Shown here: positions 31,746 through 45,279 of the stretch, piece after piece
Position numbering within the stretch: position 1 is the first letter of the stretch
Layout: every line of letters starts with the position of its first letter
Assembly: GCA_009914755.4 (NCBI GenBank)
Contig: CP068257.2
Coordinates: forward strand, 44,320,001-44,384,000
Direction: 5' to 3'
DNA: 64,000 bases
DNA from: the human T2T-CHM13v2.0 reference genome, Homo sapiens
The notes under the pieces: model-generated
What the model was told of the DNA's origin: nothing
Databases searched by the model: none
Seen by the model: only the letters and a program-made list of their open reading frames with translations
Made by a program: the position numbers and the translations under genes

Positions 31746-32185
31746 CACACCTGGAGACTCAGATCCCCCCAGGGCTGTGGACGACTGGCACAGTGGGGTA
31801 AGTCCTGCTCCCCACAGCTGCTTCTGGGATCCCAGACTGGGCCCAGAGTCCCCATCCACAGAAGGGCCGGCAGGCCTGAGAAAGGACAGCCAGGTCGCCA
31901 GGGAGGGGATGTGGCTCGCCCCCTTCTTCCCTTTCTCTGGAAGTGCATTTACCTCCCCCCACACACAGGCGGGGTTGCAGGGCCCTTCCCAGCCAGACCC
32001 TGCAGTGCAGCTCTCTGGGAGGCCCCCCAGGGCAGTGGTTTCCTGGCTCTGTGCTTCCTAGGATCCTGGAAGCCGACTGGGCTGGGGCTGGGGGGTGGAG
32101 CCCCATGGGAGAAGGATCTCCTGCAGGAATGGCCTGGATGGGGGCTTGGGGGTGGACATGTGCCAGAGACACCTGGGTAACTTCA

Positions 32186-32890
32186 GGAGAGAGGAGGGAG
32201 GGGGAGAGAGGAGGGAGGGGGAGGGGGGGGAGAGAGGAGGGAGGAGGAGAATAGGGGATGGGAGAGAGGAGGGAGACGGTGAAGGGGAGAGTAGGGAGCC
32301 GGAGAGGAGAATGAGGTCAGGGGAGAAGAGGGAGGGGGAGATGAGGAAAGGGGGAGGGGAGCAAGTGTGAGAGGAGGGAGGGGGAAAGGAGGGAAGGGGG
32401 AGAGGAGGGGACAGGAGAGAGGAAGAAGGGGGAGAGGAGTGAGTGTGAGAGGAGGGAGGGGGAGAGAGGGGAAAAGGGGGAGAGGAGGGAGGGGGAGAGG
32501 AGGGAAGGGGGAGAGGAGTGAGCATGAGAGGAGGGAGGGGGAGAGAAGTGAGCGTGAGAGGAGGGAGGGGGAGAGGGGACAGGAGAGAGGAGGGAGGGAG
32601 ACAGGAGTGAGCGTGAGAGGAGGGAGGGGGAGAGGAGTGAGGGTGAGAGGAGGGAGGGGGAGAGGAGTGAGCATGAGAGGAGGGAGGCGGAGAGGAGGGG
32701 ACAGGAGAGAGGAGGGAGGGGGACAGGAGTGAGCGTGAGAGGAAGGAGGGGGAGAGGAGGGAAGAGGGAGAGGAGTGAGCATGAGAGGAGGGAGAGGGAG
32801 AGGACTGAGCGTGAGAGGAGGGAGGGGGAGAGAAGAGAAAAGAGGGAGCAAAGGGGACAGGAGAGAGGAGGGGGGGAGCGGAGGGAGCTC
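32186..32890. repeat. Polypurine (GGA/GAG)n-type block with about 54-bp higher-order periodicity
   Basis: The motif gagaggagtgagcgtgagaggagggagggggagaggag... recurs. The sequence is purine-only over about 700 bp. Confidence 0.85.
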
Positions 32891-33101
32891 ACCCGCTGTG
32901 GGTGGGGCAGGTTGTGGAAATCAGCCCCATGACAACAGTAAGCTCAGCCAGGACTGGGATTCAGGATGTTTTATTTTCATGCTTTATGTGGTTTTCATGT
33001 TCTCCCCGAGACATAAGCATCACTTACAATCAGAAAAGATCCCTGATGAAAGTGCATGAAGGAACACAAAGCAGGCGACTGCACGTCTATGAACACGCTC
33101 A

Positions 33102-33503
<402 letters not shown>

Positions 33504-34282
33504 CTAGATGTTGCTTTATGATTTTAAAAAATTCGCTATGATGAACATGTATCTTCTTCATAAGAGAAAGAGTCAAGTTTACTCTGAGTCATCATTGCAG
33601 ATTTCCTGTGAAGCAGAGGCACCTCTGGGCCCCACCCAGGCCTGGGACCGCCCTGAGCCTGAGCCCCTCACACAGTGCGGCCCCAGCCCTGCCTCGGAGA
33701 AGCCCAGGCCAGGATGAAGCCTGGGACCGGGGGAGGAGTCGGACCGCGGCCCTGGAGCTCAGGATGCTGCAGCCTGGGGTGTCGGCGTTATTCCCACGCA
33801 TCTCCACAGCTCCCGCCGCACCCACCCCGCGGACCTGCTGGTGGAGCCGGTGGTGTACTGTGAACTGACTTATGAAACCACCTCTGCAAGGCAAAACAGG
33901 CCATTGGCCACTGGGCCCCGTGAACCTGTCCCTGTGTGTCAGGGCGTCCGCATCTCTTCCATCTTACAGACCGTGTGTCAGCCACCTGCTGCTGTGTGCC
34001 TGTGGTGGGACCCTCACTGCAGGGAATGCTGCGTTCTTGGTGTTTGCTTACACAACGTGTTCCTATTTCCTTTCCCAAATCTGCAAGCACTCCTTGCAGA
34101 TAAAACAGCTCAGACTGGGAGAGGCCAAGAGAACACGGAGGTCCTGAAGCCCCCTGTGCTTGAGTCAGGAGCCCAGAGGCTGGTGCCACAGCTCCAAGCA
34201 GGCAGCACCAAACCTCAGCACCCACAGCCACAGTGTGGATGACATCAGTGGCAGGTAAATTGACTGTACAGTAAGTGTACAA

Positions 34283-34560
34283 GGCCAGGCACGGTGGCTC
34301 ATGCCTGTAATCCCAGCACTTTCGGAGGCCGAGGCAGGAGGACCACTTGAGTCCAGGAGTTCGAGACCAGCCTGGGCAACATCGTGAGACCCCCATCTCT
34401 ACAAAACATACAAAATTAGCTGGGTATGGTGGCACATGCCTGTGATCCCAGCTACTCGGGAGGCTGAGGTGGAGGGATCACCTGAACCCAGGAGACTGAG
34501 GCTGCAGTGAGCTGTGATGAGGCCACTACGTTCCAGCCTGGATGACAGAGTGAGCCCCTT
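34283..34560 (+). mobile_element. Alu SINE (plus orientation)
   Basis: The sequence ggccaggcacggtggctcatgcctgtaatcccagcactttcggaggccgaggcaggaggaccacttgagtccaggagttcgagaccagcctgggcaacatcgtgagacccccatctctacaaaacatacaaaattagctgggtatggtggcacatgcctgtgatcccagctactcgggaggctgaggtggagggatcacctgaacccaggagactgaggctgcagtgagctgtgatgaggccactacgttccagcctggatgacagagtgagcccc matches the Alu consensus. Confidence 0.9.
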
Positions 34561-34618
34561 AGATAATAATAATAATAAGGAGGAGGAGGAGGAGGAGGAG
34601 GAGGAAAAGAAGGAGAAG
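34561..34618. repeat. Simple repeat (AAT)n then (GGA)n in place of the Alu poly-A tail
   Basis: The repeat reads ataataataataataaggaggaggaggaggaggaggaggaaaagaaggagaag. Confidence 0.85.
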
Positions 34619-34922
34619 TACTTTACAACTTCTGTAACGTAGGTGTGGGGAAAATATTGAAGGCAATCCAAAAACAGTCACTGTGGAGTTGTGGAATTAA
34701 GTATCAATTTTAAAGGTTTTTTCAAATGTTTCTTTAACATGGTTTTTGGTATGAACAATTTGTGTACGTTTTAAAATTATAAGACATTTAGGCTGGTGTT
34801 AGGCAAGTCTCAGCAGCTCCAGCTTTGGGAAAGCTCTTCTGGGACCTTCTGTGGGCCAGGGATGCATCTGGCCACATCTGGAGCCCACCCCCAGGTGATA
34901 TCAGGGACAGCCCCTCTCTCCT

Positions 34923-35541
34923 CTCTCTGTCTCTCTTTCTGTCTCTCTGTCTCTGTCTCTCCGTCTCTGTCTGTCTCTCCTCTCTCTGTCTCTCTCTGTC
35001 TCTGTCTCTCTGTCTCTGTCTTTGTCTCTGTCTCTCCTCTCTCTGTGTCTCTGTCTCTGTCTCTCTCTCTGTCTCTCTCTGTCTCTGTCTCTCTCTGTCT
35101 CTCTCTGTCTGTCTCTGTCTCTCCTCTGTCTCTCTGTGTCTGTCTCTCTGTCTCTGTCTTTCTGTCTCTCTCTCACTGTCTCTCTCTCTCTGTCTCTGTC
35201 TCTCTCTGTGTCTCTGTGTCTCTCTGTCTCTGTCTCTCACTGTCTCTCTCTGTCTCTGTCTCTCTGTCTCTCTGTCTCTCTGTGTCTCTCTGTCTCTGTC
35301 TCTCTGTCTCTGTCTCTCCTCTGTCTCTCTGTGTCTCTCTCTGTCTTTCTGTCTCTCTGTCTCTGTCTCTGTCTCTCTCCCTGTCTCTGTCTCTCCTCTG
35401 TCTCTCTGTGTCTCTGTCTGTCTCTCTGTCTTTCTGTCTCTCTCTCTGTCTCTCTCTGTCTCTGTCTCTCTGTCTCTGTCTCTCCTCTGTCTGTGTCTCT
35501 GTCTGTCTCTCTGTCTCTGTCTCTCTGTCTCTCTCTCACTG

Positions 35542-35572
<31 letters not shown>

Positions 35573-35580
35573 GTCTCCAC
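34923..35580. repeat. (TCTCTG/TCTGTC)n pyrimidine-rich simple repeat, about 660 bp
   Basis: The tract ctctctcctctctctgtctctctttctgtctctctgtctctgtctctccgtctctgtctgtctctcc... continues without interruption to 35580. Confidence 0.9.
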
Positions 35581-35989
35581 ACACAGCATATATAACAACT
35601 ATATTGTGAGCAACTTTGTCTTCCCACGGTACAAACTGAAATATCTTTGGCAAATACGTATCCGACTATACTGTGAAGAAATATTGACGTGAAAAAAGAA
35701 CGCGGAGATCTGATAAAGCAACAATTCAGCTCACGGCGAGGTCCTCTGCAGGAGGCGGTTGGTGGGAAGAGGCGAGTGAGCCTGCCCGTGCGTCCCGCAT
35801 GGAGACGTCTGGATTGGAAACTACCGAAAGATGTTTCAAGGAACTCTCCCTGGGTGACACGCTGGTTTTCAGACGTTTGATTCAGCTGCTGCAGTTTCCT
35901 CCTCCCTGACACGGGAACTGAACTGCAGGCCGCGGCGAGCCAGCCAGGGAAACCGCCTTCTCCCTGGGCTCGGAGCTGCTGCCGGTTCT

Positions 35990-36529
<540 letters not shown>

Positions 36530-36886
36530 TGAACCCCACTCCCCGCTCGGGGCGGCTGCAGCGCCCAGCTCTGCCCCACCGGGCCTTGGCCGGGGCCCCT
36601 AGAGGCTCAGCATTCAGCATTCTCAGCGGGGCCGGACCGCAGGCAGCTCGGGAGGGGCTCCCTGGCGAGGGGGAGCTGGTGCGGGGCTGTCTCGGCGCCC
36701 CGTGAATCCGTTTGACCCCTCACCTGGCAGTGAGTCCAGACGCACGGCCCCCCACACCCCCGTTCTAGAAGAAGTCGTGCCGCTGCTGGTTCTGAATCCA
36801 GCGAGAAACCTTCCCGTGAGGTCTCACTTGTCCGGTCCCGTGCCGGGGACGCCCTGCCCTTCGGGGGAGGTTGTGAAGGTTTCTGA

Positions 36887-37231
<345 letters not shown>

Positions 37232-38661
37232 TAGGAGGGACGCCCCGTGACCTTCCTCCTGTGCTTCTGGGCCTCTTGGAGGGAGGGGTGGGGGCCCAGG
37301 GGAACACGGGTGCGACGGCCTCAACCTCCTAAGGTTGGGCGAGCGTTGCCCTGACCGGGGCCCCTCCCGGCGCCCTCCAGAGTGAGGCCGGGGCCCTTTC
37401 CGGCGCCCTCCAGAGTGAGCTGGTCTGAGCCTCTCCCAGCGCCTTCCAGAGTGAGCTGGTTTGAGACCCTGCTCGCGGGGGTGGCACCTGTTCAGCAGGG
37501 CCGAGGTGACAGTGAGGCTGAGATGTAGGGAAGAGAGGCTCCCGCAGGCTGACCGAGAGGGCTCAGCGCACTGGCCCAGACACGCAGTCCTGCCTGGTGC
37601 GCGGGAGCCCCTCACTAACCACCTGGACCCTGGTTTGTTCCGTGGGCAGTGAGAGCCTCTACCTGGGTCCTGGATCCCACGTTCTGAAGGTCCCCGACTC
37701 GGGAGCCGGGAGGGGTGTCGCTCTGCAGCCCCAGGGCCCCCAGGCTTGGTTCTGGGCTTGGGACACGGCACCCTCTGCTCCACGTTCCTCCATCTGTGCG
37801 TGTGGCTGAGGACAGACCGGGGGGAGAGGGGAGTCGGTCCTGTGGGTGCACAGGGCCGCTGAGGGGGGGGCATGTAGAACGGGGCTCCCCCACTGAGACG
37901 GGTCCTGGCAGTGGGGACACAGCTTAGCCGGCGTAGGAACCCCCGTCCTCCTTGACCCTGCTGACTGGCCGCTGGGCCGGAGCCTCCTGCCACCAGAAGG
38001 GGCACAGTCAGAGGCTGCCGGTAACAGCAGGGTGGACCTTCCAGCCCACACCGTGCCCAGCAGGAGCCATTGGTACCAGGAACCCTGAGCTTAGTGGACA
38101 TGGCCAGGCCCGTGCGGCAGTGTTTGGGGGGGGGTCTGGCTGTGGATGGCACCGGGGAGGGGCGGCCGCGTGGCCCAGCGTCCCCCGAGTCGCCCTTGTT
38201 GCCTTTACTCAGTCTCCCCATGACTCAGTTTCCCACCTGTGAAATGGGGCGGAGTCATCCCCATGTCGCTGCCACTGGATTCCTGCAGGCGCCGTGGTCA
38301 CTCTGCTGAATGGATGGGAGGGTGGGTGGGGCAGAGGTGGGCCCACCCCAGGCTGGGGCAGAGCAGACCCCTGAGAGCCTCAGGCTCAGGTGCTCAGAGG
38401 GCAGCGAGGGGGCTGCTCAGATCCCCGGGGTGCCTCCTTCCCCCACTGTCATGCTGCCCCACTGCAGGCCCAAGGACCCCACCCCAGCAGGGCCACACAC
38501 TCAGGGCTCCTGGTCTGAGGGCCTGAGGGATCGGGGCGCAGGTCGCTTGCTGGCCACACCCGCCTGCACAGCCTTCCAGGAGGGCCGGCCTCAGGGCCAC
38601 AGGGCAAGTCCAGCTGTGTGTCAGCCACGGCCAGGGTGGGGCAGCCTGTCCATCTGGGTGA

Positions 38662-38937
<276 letters not shown>

Positions 38938-39088
38938 TGAGTGGCCCCCGGCCTCCTGCCCACGCCAGTTCTCACGCGTGGTACCCAGCCTGGGCTGGGG
39001 TTGGCCTGGGGTCCCTGTGCGGCTTCAGCTGCAGCCTCCCTGTTCTCTTGGAGGCTGCACGGCCTCCCTGACCCACTTTGTGGGCAGG

Positions 39089-39144
39089 AAAGAGACGGAG
39101 ACAGACAGAGACAGAGAGAAACAGAAACAGGGAGAAACAGACAC

Positions 39145-39176
<32 letters not shown>

Positions 39177-39926
39177 AGAGACAGAGACAGAGAGAGACAG
39201 AGACAAAGAGTGACAGAGGGACCAAGACAGGCAGACAGAGACAAACAGAGACAGAGACAGAGACACAGAGAGAGACACAGAGAGACAGAGACGGGAACAG
39301 AGACAGGCAGACAGAGACAGAGAGAGACAGAGACAGAAACAGAGACAGAGGGACAGAGACAGGCAGAGAGAGACAGAGAGACAGAGACAGAGACAGACAA
39401 ACAGAGACAGAGAGACAGAAACAGGGACAGAGACAGAAAGAGAGAGAGACAGAGGGAAACAGAGAGAGACAGAGACAGATAGAAAAAGACAGAGGCAGAG
39501 AGAAGCAGAGACAGAGAAACAAAGACAGTCAGAGACAGACAGAGACAGAGACAGAAACAGAGACAGAGAGACAGAGACAGAGGGGCAGAGACAGGCAGAC
39601 AGAGAGACAGAGACAGAGACAGCGAAACAGAGACAGAAACATACAGAGACAGAGAGAAGCAGAGACAGACAGAGGCAGAGAGACAGAGAGAAGCAGAGAC
39701 AGGGACAGAGACAGAGACAGAAATAGAGAGATAGAGACAGAGGGACAGAGACAGAGAGATAGAGACAGAGAGGGAGACAGAGAGATAGAAGCAGAGAGAG
39801 AGAGACAAAGACAGAGGCAGAGAGACAGAGAGAGAAGCACAGACAGAGACAGACAGAGAGACAGGGACAGACAGAGACAGAGAGACCGGAAACAGAGGCA
39901 GAGAGACTGAGAGACTGAGAGAGACG
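39089..39926. repeat. COL6A1: (GAGACA/CAGAGA)n purine-rich simple repeat of about 840 bp in COL6A1 intron 3
   Basis: The tract gagacggagacagacagagacagagagaaacagaaacagggagaaacagacacagagagagacagagacagag... is the reverse complement of the motif in the 34923-35580 tract. Confidence 0.9.
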
Positions 39927-40850
39927 GGGTGGTTTTCCCCACAGCATCAACACCAAGCAGGGCTAGGATCACTGAAACAGACTCATCAGACCCGAAGCAC
40001 GCGCTTTCTCGGGGTTTTTCTGGACTGAGGGGTTTCCTCTCATCCCAGTGTCCAGCTGTGGGGACGCAGGGGCCGCAAGCCCCGGAGTGTCCAGAGGGGA
40101 ACGTGGCCTCCCCACACCCAGCCCTTCACGAGGCCTCAGGATCCCAGTAGGGGTACCCGAGGCTGCCCTGTCCAGCCAGGCGGTGCGGGGGGTTTGGGGA
40201 GAGCCTCTCCCCGAGGTCGGTCTCAGAGGGCCACATGGCCGGTGTGGGCCGGACATTCCCTTTCCAATGGTTGTGCCCACTTCCCTCCAGAGTTGGTGCC
40301 AAGCTGGGACCTGGGGGACTTGGAGTCTCAGGAAGTCGTCCGCTGTCTGCAGGGGGTGCATGGGGGATGTGGCCACACACGTCAGAGTGCGGCCCCCTGT
40401 GGAAGCCACAGACAGACACGACTCCCCTAAATGAGCTCGCCCTTCTGGCCGAGATGCTCAGCGTCCCCAGCAGGCTGCCCGACTGCCCTGCGATACTGCC
40501 CTCCTTCCTGCTGCTCCCACTTTCCCTTTCGGGGGGTTGGATTTGGGGCATTCAGGGATCGCCCTGTTGTTTGCTCATCACACCCATTTCCTGCAAGAGC
40601 CACGGTGACCGAGCAGCCTTGAGTTGAGGCAGCTTGTGGGTAGACGCGGCGGGCATCTCGGAGGGGCACGCTCCCTGCCACCCTCAGCCTCCACTCACTG
40701 GTCAGGGGCTTTGCGCCCCAGGGCACCCCAGGAACCGAGCCTCCTTTGGGGTCATGGGTGCCTCTCCTGGGAGGGCGTGGATTTTCCAAAGCAGTTTAGA
40801 GAAATGAGACCCACAGGCGTTATTTCCCATGGTGAGGTTCTTTTCAGTAA

Positions 40851-41640
<790 letters not shown>

Positions 41641-41963
41641 GTAAGAGCCCTCCCCACCACCCCCAGCCGTGAGTCTGCACACGTCCACCCACACGTCCAC
41701 CTGTGTGTTCAGGACGCATGTCCCTATGCATATCCGCCCATGTGCCCGGGACACATGTCCCCTGCGTGTCTGCCCGTGTGCCCGGGATGTGTGTCCCCCT
41801 GCGTGTCCACCTGTGTGTCTGCCCATGTGCCTGGGACATGTGTCCGCCTGTGCGTCCATCCGTGTGTCCGTCTGCCCATGTGCCTGGGTCGCATGTCACC
41901 CTGTGTCCCAGCCGTATGTCCGTGGCTTTCCCACTGACTCGTCTCTATGCTTTCCCCCCACAG

Positions 41964-41984
41964 TGCTGCTCCTTCGAATGCCAG
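41964..41984 (+). CDS. COL6A1: COL6A1 exon 7 (c.739-759), a 21-nt micro-exon: CCSFECQ
   Basis: The acceptor is tttccccccacag|tgctgc and the donor tgccag|gtgagt. Confidence 0.9.
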
Positions 41985-42074
41985 GTGAGTGTGCCCCCCG
42001 ACCCCTGACCCCGCGCCCTGCACCCTGGGAACCTGAGTCTGGGGTCCTGGCTGACCGTCCCCTCTGCCTTGCAG

Positions 42075-42119
42075 CCTGCAAGAGGACCTCCGGGGCTCCG
42101 GGGCGACCCCGGCTTTGAG
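42075..42119 (+). CDS. COL6A1: COL6A1 exon 8 (c.760-804), start of the triple helix: PARGPPGLRGDPGFE
   Basis: The acceptor is cctctgccttgcag|cct and the donor tttgag|gtgagt. The exon contains an RGD motif. Confidence 0.95.
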
Positions 42120-42212
42120 GTGAGTGGTGACTCCTGCTCCTCCCATGTGTTGTGGGGCCTGGGAGTGGGGGTGGCAGGACCAAAGCCTCCTGGGCACCCA
42201 AGTCCACCATGA

Positions 42213-43527
42213 GGATCCAGAGGGGACGGCGGGGGTCCAGATGGAGGGGACGGCGGGGGTCCAGATGGAGGGGACGGCGGGAGTCCAGATGGAGGGGACG
42301 GCGGGGTCCAGATGGAGGGGACGGCGGGGTCCAGATGGAGGGGACGGCGGGGTCCAGATGGAGGGGACGGCGGGGTCCAGATGGAGGGGACGGCGGGAGT
42401 CCAGATGGAGGGGACGGCGGGGTCCAGATGGAGGGGACGGCGGGGTCCAGATGGAGGGGACGGCGGGGTCCAGATGGAGGGGACGGCGGGAGTCCAGATG
42501 GAGGGGACGGCGGGGTCCAGATGGAGGGGACGGCGGGGTCCAGATGGAGGGGACGGCGGGGTCCAGATGGAGGGGACGGCGGGGTCCAGATGGAGGGGAC
42601 GGCGGGGCTCCAGATGGAGGGGACGGCGGGGGTCCAGATGGAGGGGACGGCGGGGTCCAGATGGAGGGGACGGCGGGGTCCAGATGGAGGGGACGGCGGG
42701 GTCCAGATGGAGGGGACGGCGGGAGTCCAGATGGAGGGGACGGCGGGGTCCAGATGGAGGGGACGGCGGGGTCCAGATGGAGGGGACGGCGGGGTCCAGA
42801 TGGAGGGGACGGCGGGGTCCAGATGGAGGGGACGGCGGGGGTCCAGATGGAGGGGACGGCGGGGGTCCAGATGGAGGGGACGGCGGGAGTCCAGATGGAG
42901 GGGACGGCGGGGTCCAGATGGAGGGGACGGCGGGGTCCAGATGGAGGGGACGGCGGGGTCCAGATGGAGGGGACGGCGGGGTCCAGATGGAGGGGACGGC
43001 GGGGCTCCAGATGGAGGGGACGGCGGGGGTCCAGATGGAGGGGACGGCGGGGCTCCAGATGGAGGGGACGGCGGGGGTCCAGATGGAGGGGACGGCGGGG
43101 TCCAGATGGAGGGGACGGCGGGAGTCCAGATGGAGGGGACGGCGGGGACGGCGGGGTCCAGATGGAGGGGACGGCGGGGTCCAGATGGAGGGGACGGCGG
43201 GAGTCCAGATGGAGGGGACGGCGGGGACGGCGGGGTCCAGATGGAGGGGATGGCGGGGTCCAGATGGAGGGGACGGCGTGGTCCAGATGGAGGGGACGGC
43301 GGGGTCCAGATGGAGGGGACGGCGGGAGTCCAGATGGAGGGGACGGCGGGGTCCAGATGGAGGGGACGGCGGGGGTCCAGATGGAGGGGACGGCGGGGAC
43401 GGCGGGGTCCAGATGGAGGGGATGGCGGGGTCCAGATGGAGGGGACGGCGTGGTCCAGATGAAGGGGACGGCGGGGTCCAGATGGAGGGGATGGCGGGGT
43501 CCAGATGGAAGGGACGGCGGGGTCCAG
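42213..43527. repeat. COL6A1: Minisatellite/VNTR in COL6A1 intron 8 with a 23-bp unit (ggggacggcggggtccagatgga), about 57 copies over about 1.3 kb
   Basis: The tandem repetition is near-perfect, with variants gagtccag and ggggctccag. All six frames are stop-free, which explains the 400-675-aa artefact ORFs in the track. Confidence 0.9.
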
Positions 43528-44112
43528 CAGGCAGGCTCCGGCCGTGCAGGGTGTGGACTGTCCCGGGGGCGCTGGGGGCTTCTGAGGGTGTCTCTGTCCG
43601 CCCTGCCCTCAGCCGCACTCTGTTCAGAAGGACCTTTCTGGAGGTAGGAGGGTGAGAATGTGGGTCCCCTGCTTCTGTGTGGCTCACATAGGATGACCTT
43701 AAACGTTAGAATTAGCTGCTGATAATTAAAACTTGCCATGAGGCTGCTCATGGACCTCAGATTTCTGGCTTCTCCTAAAAACCATCAAACCCAGCAGCTG
43801 TGGGCCCGAGTCCCATGGCCATTTCCTGGGGGTCGAGCTGTGACCCTGGGGGGCTTCTGTGCTGCACGTCCCTCCCACCTGTGCCTGGGGGTCAGCAAAG
43901 CCGAGCAGACAGGAACGAAGGCAGGGAGTGGGGGGAGCTGGCGTGCGGGTTGGAGCTCCCAGACCCAGGCTGACCAGATGTGATGGGGAAGGTGCTTTAA
44001 AGCCCTTGATCCCTGAAGGCTGGATGAAGCGTCTTTTTAAAAACCTGTTTCGTGAGCCAGCTTTTTAGAAAGAAACGGGGCTGCCCCAACCTTGACCTGT
44101 TTTGTGTTCCAG

Positions 44113-44166
44113 GGAGAACGAGGCAAGCCGGGGCTCCCAGGAGAGAAGGGAGAAGCCGGAGATCCT
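44113..44166 (+). CDS. COL6A1: COL6A1 exon 9 (c.805-858): GERGKPGLPGEKGEAGDP
   Basis: The acceptor is tttgtgttccag|gga and the donor gatcct|gtgagt. The exon is 54 nt of Gly-X-Y triplets. Confidence 0.95.
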
Positions 44167-44636
44167 GTGAGTGCCTGACTGTGGGGTGGGGGCCCTAAGA
44201 AGCTGGAGGCGGGGAACGACTAGGCCTCGGAAACTTCCGGAAGAGTGGCTGGGTTCTGAGTGCCAAAGTCACACTGCCTGTTCCTTGTGGGTGGGAGCAG
44301 ACCTGGAGGGGCCACAGCCCAGCCATCCTTCCACACAGCCCCCCAGGCAGCCCGTAAGCCCCCCTGCCAGGGAGGGGCTGGGTGGGGAGGTGGCCCAGGG
44401 TGCTCAGGCCGGCACCGTCCGGGGCCCCTGCCGTGGCTCCTTGGCCCAAATCCTATCCATAGACTTCCCTCCCCCAGCTCCACCTTGGAGGGCCTCGGCA
44501 CCATGGGCCCCGTGCAGCAGGGCCCCTCTCTCGGCCTGACCAGGCCTGGGCTGGAGGGAGGGGTGTGGGGCTGGGTGGGACTGGCCCCTGCCCCTGCTCC
44601 TCCGGGGGTGTCTCACCGTCTCCTCCTGTGTTCCAG

Positions 44637-44681
44637 GGAAGACCCGGGGACCTCGGACCTGTTGGGTACCAGGGAATGAAG
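44637..44681 (+). CDS. COL6A1: COL6A1 exon 10 (c.859-903): GRPGDLGPVGYQGMK
   Basis: The acceptor is ctgtgttccag|gga and the donor atgaag|gtacgt. The exon is 45 nt. Confidence 0.95.
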
Positions 44682-44780
44682 GTACGTGCCCCCCCTTTCC
44701 TGGCCCGAGCCCGGTGGTGCCCTCAGCCTTGCACAGCACTAACAAGCCTTCCTCTTCCTCTTCTTCCGCTGGGTGTGTAG

Positions 44781-44807
44781 GGAGAAAAAGGGAGCCGTGG
44801 GGAGAAG
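44781..44807 (+). CDS. COL6A1: COL6A1 exon 11 (c.904-930): GEKGSRGEK
   Basis: The acceptor is gggtgtgtag|gga and the donor gagaag|gtgagt. The exon is 27 nt. Confidence 0.95.
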
Positions 44808-44922
44808 GTGAGTGAGGCTCGACCTCGGAGCTGGTCTCTCCAGGCGCAGATGTGCCATCCTGGACGAGGGTGTCCCCGGGGATGAGGACAGTGTCCCTGA
44901 CAGGAGACCACGTGTCCTGCAG

Positions 44923-44994
44923 ACCCGCTCCACCGCCCCTCGCCGTCCCCTCCATCTGGAAGGACAAGGACAGCCACCCAGGCACCCAGCAAAG
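44923..44994 (+). other. COL6A1: Latent 72-nt pseudoexon in COL6A1 intron 11, not used in the wild type
   Basis: The acceptor tgtcctgcag|acccgc lies at 44921-44922. The 72-nt stretch has no stop in frame. It ends ..caaag|gCgcct, so a C>T at 44996 (c.930+189) would create the donor ag|gtgcct. Confidence 0.7.
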
Positions 44995-45252
44995 GCGCCT
45001 GTGTCACTTTCACCCCACCCCAGAGCAGGGGTCCCCCGGGCGGTTACCCTCTGCGGAGCCGGGGGTCCCCCGGGCGGTTACCCTCTGCAGAGCGGCCCCT
45101 CCCCATCACTGTCAGTCCCCATGATTCTCAGCAGTGATGTTGTCCCCTCGGGTTGGGGGCACCCAAGCCCCTGCCTCGCGTGGGCCTAAGCCAGGCTTGC
45201 CCTGCCCTCCCCACCCCAAATACCCCCTCACACCCGCTTCCTGTCTCCGCAG

Positions 45253-45279
45253 GGCTCCAGGGGACCCAAGGGCTACAAG
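45253..45279 (+). CDS. COL6A1: COL6A1 exon 12 (c.931-957): GSRGPKGYK
   Basis: The acceptor is ctgtctccgcag|ggc and the donor tacaag|gtgagc. The exon is 27 nt. Confidence 0.95.

Noticed and set aside
34788-35912. ORFs of 374 aa (minus) and 298/256/195 aa (plus), rich in L/S/C/V or R/D/E/T
   Set aside because: They are translations of the (TCTCTG)n simple repeat and its complement. The same artefact gives the 355/278/165/147-aa ORFs in the (GAGACA)n intron 3 tract (38889-39972) and the P/L/S-rich ORFs in the GA block (32058-32892).
42213-43527. Regular short direct repeats that superficially resemble a CRISPR array (the same applies to 55027-55550 and 61301-61820)
   Set aside because: The units are contiguous with no unique spacers and no cas genes. 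The locus is unmistakably human (Alu, L1, MaLR, a spliced collagen gene). These are eukaryotic minisatellites.
41724-43751. Very long ORFs on both strands: 675 aa and 580 aa on minus, and 507/436/447 aa on plus, all with repetitive peptide sequence
   Set aside because: They lie entirely within the intron 8 23-bp minisatellite, which lacks stop codons in all frames. The periodic peptide repeats (…GTAGVQMEGTAG… / …PSPPSGPRRPLHLD…) are translation of the repeat unit. No start context, splice signals or divergence between copies supports a coding gene.
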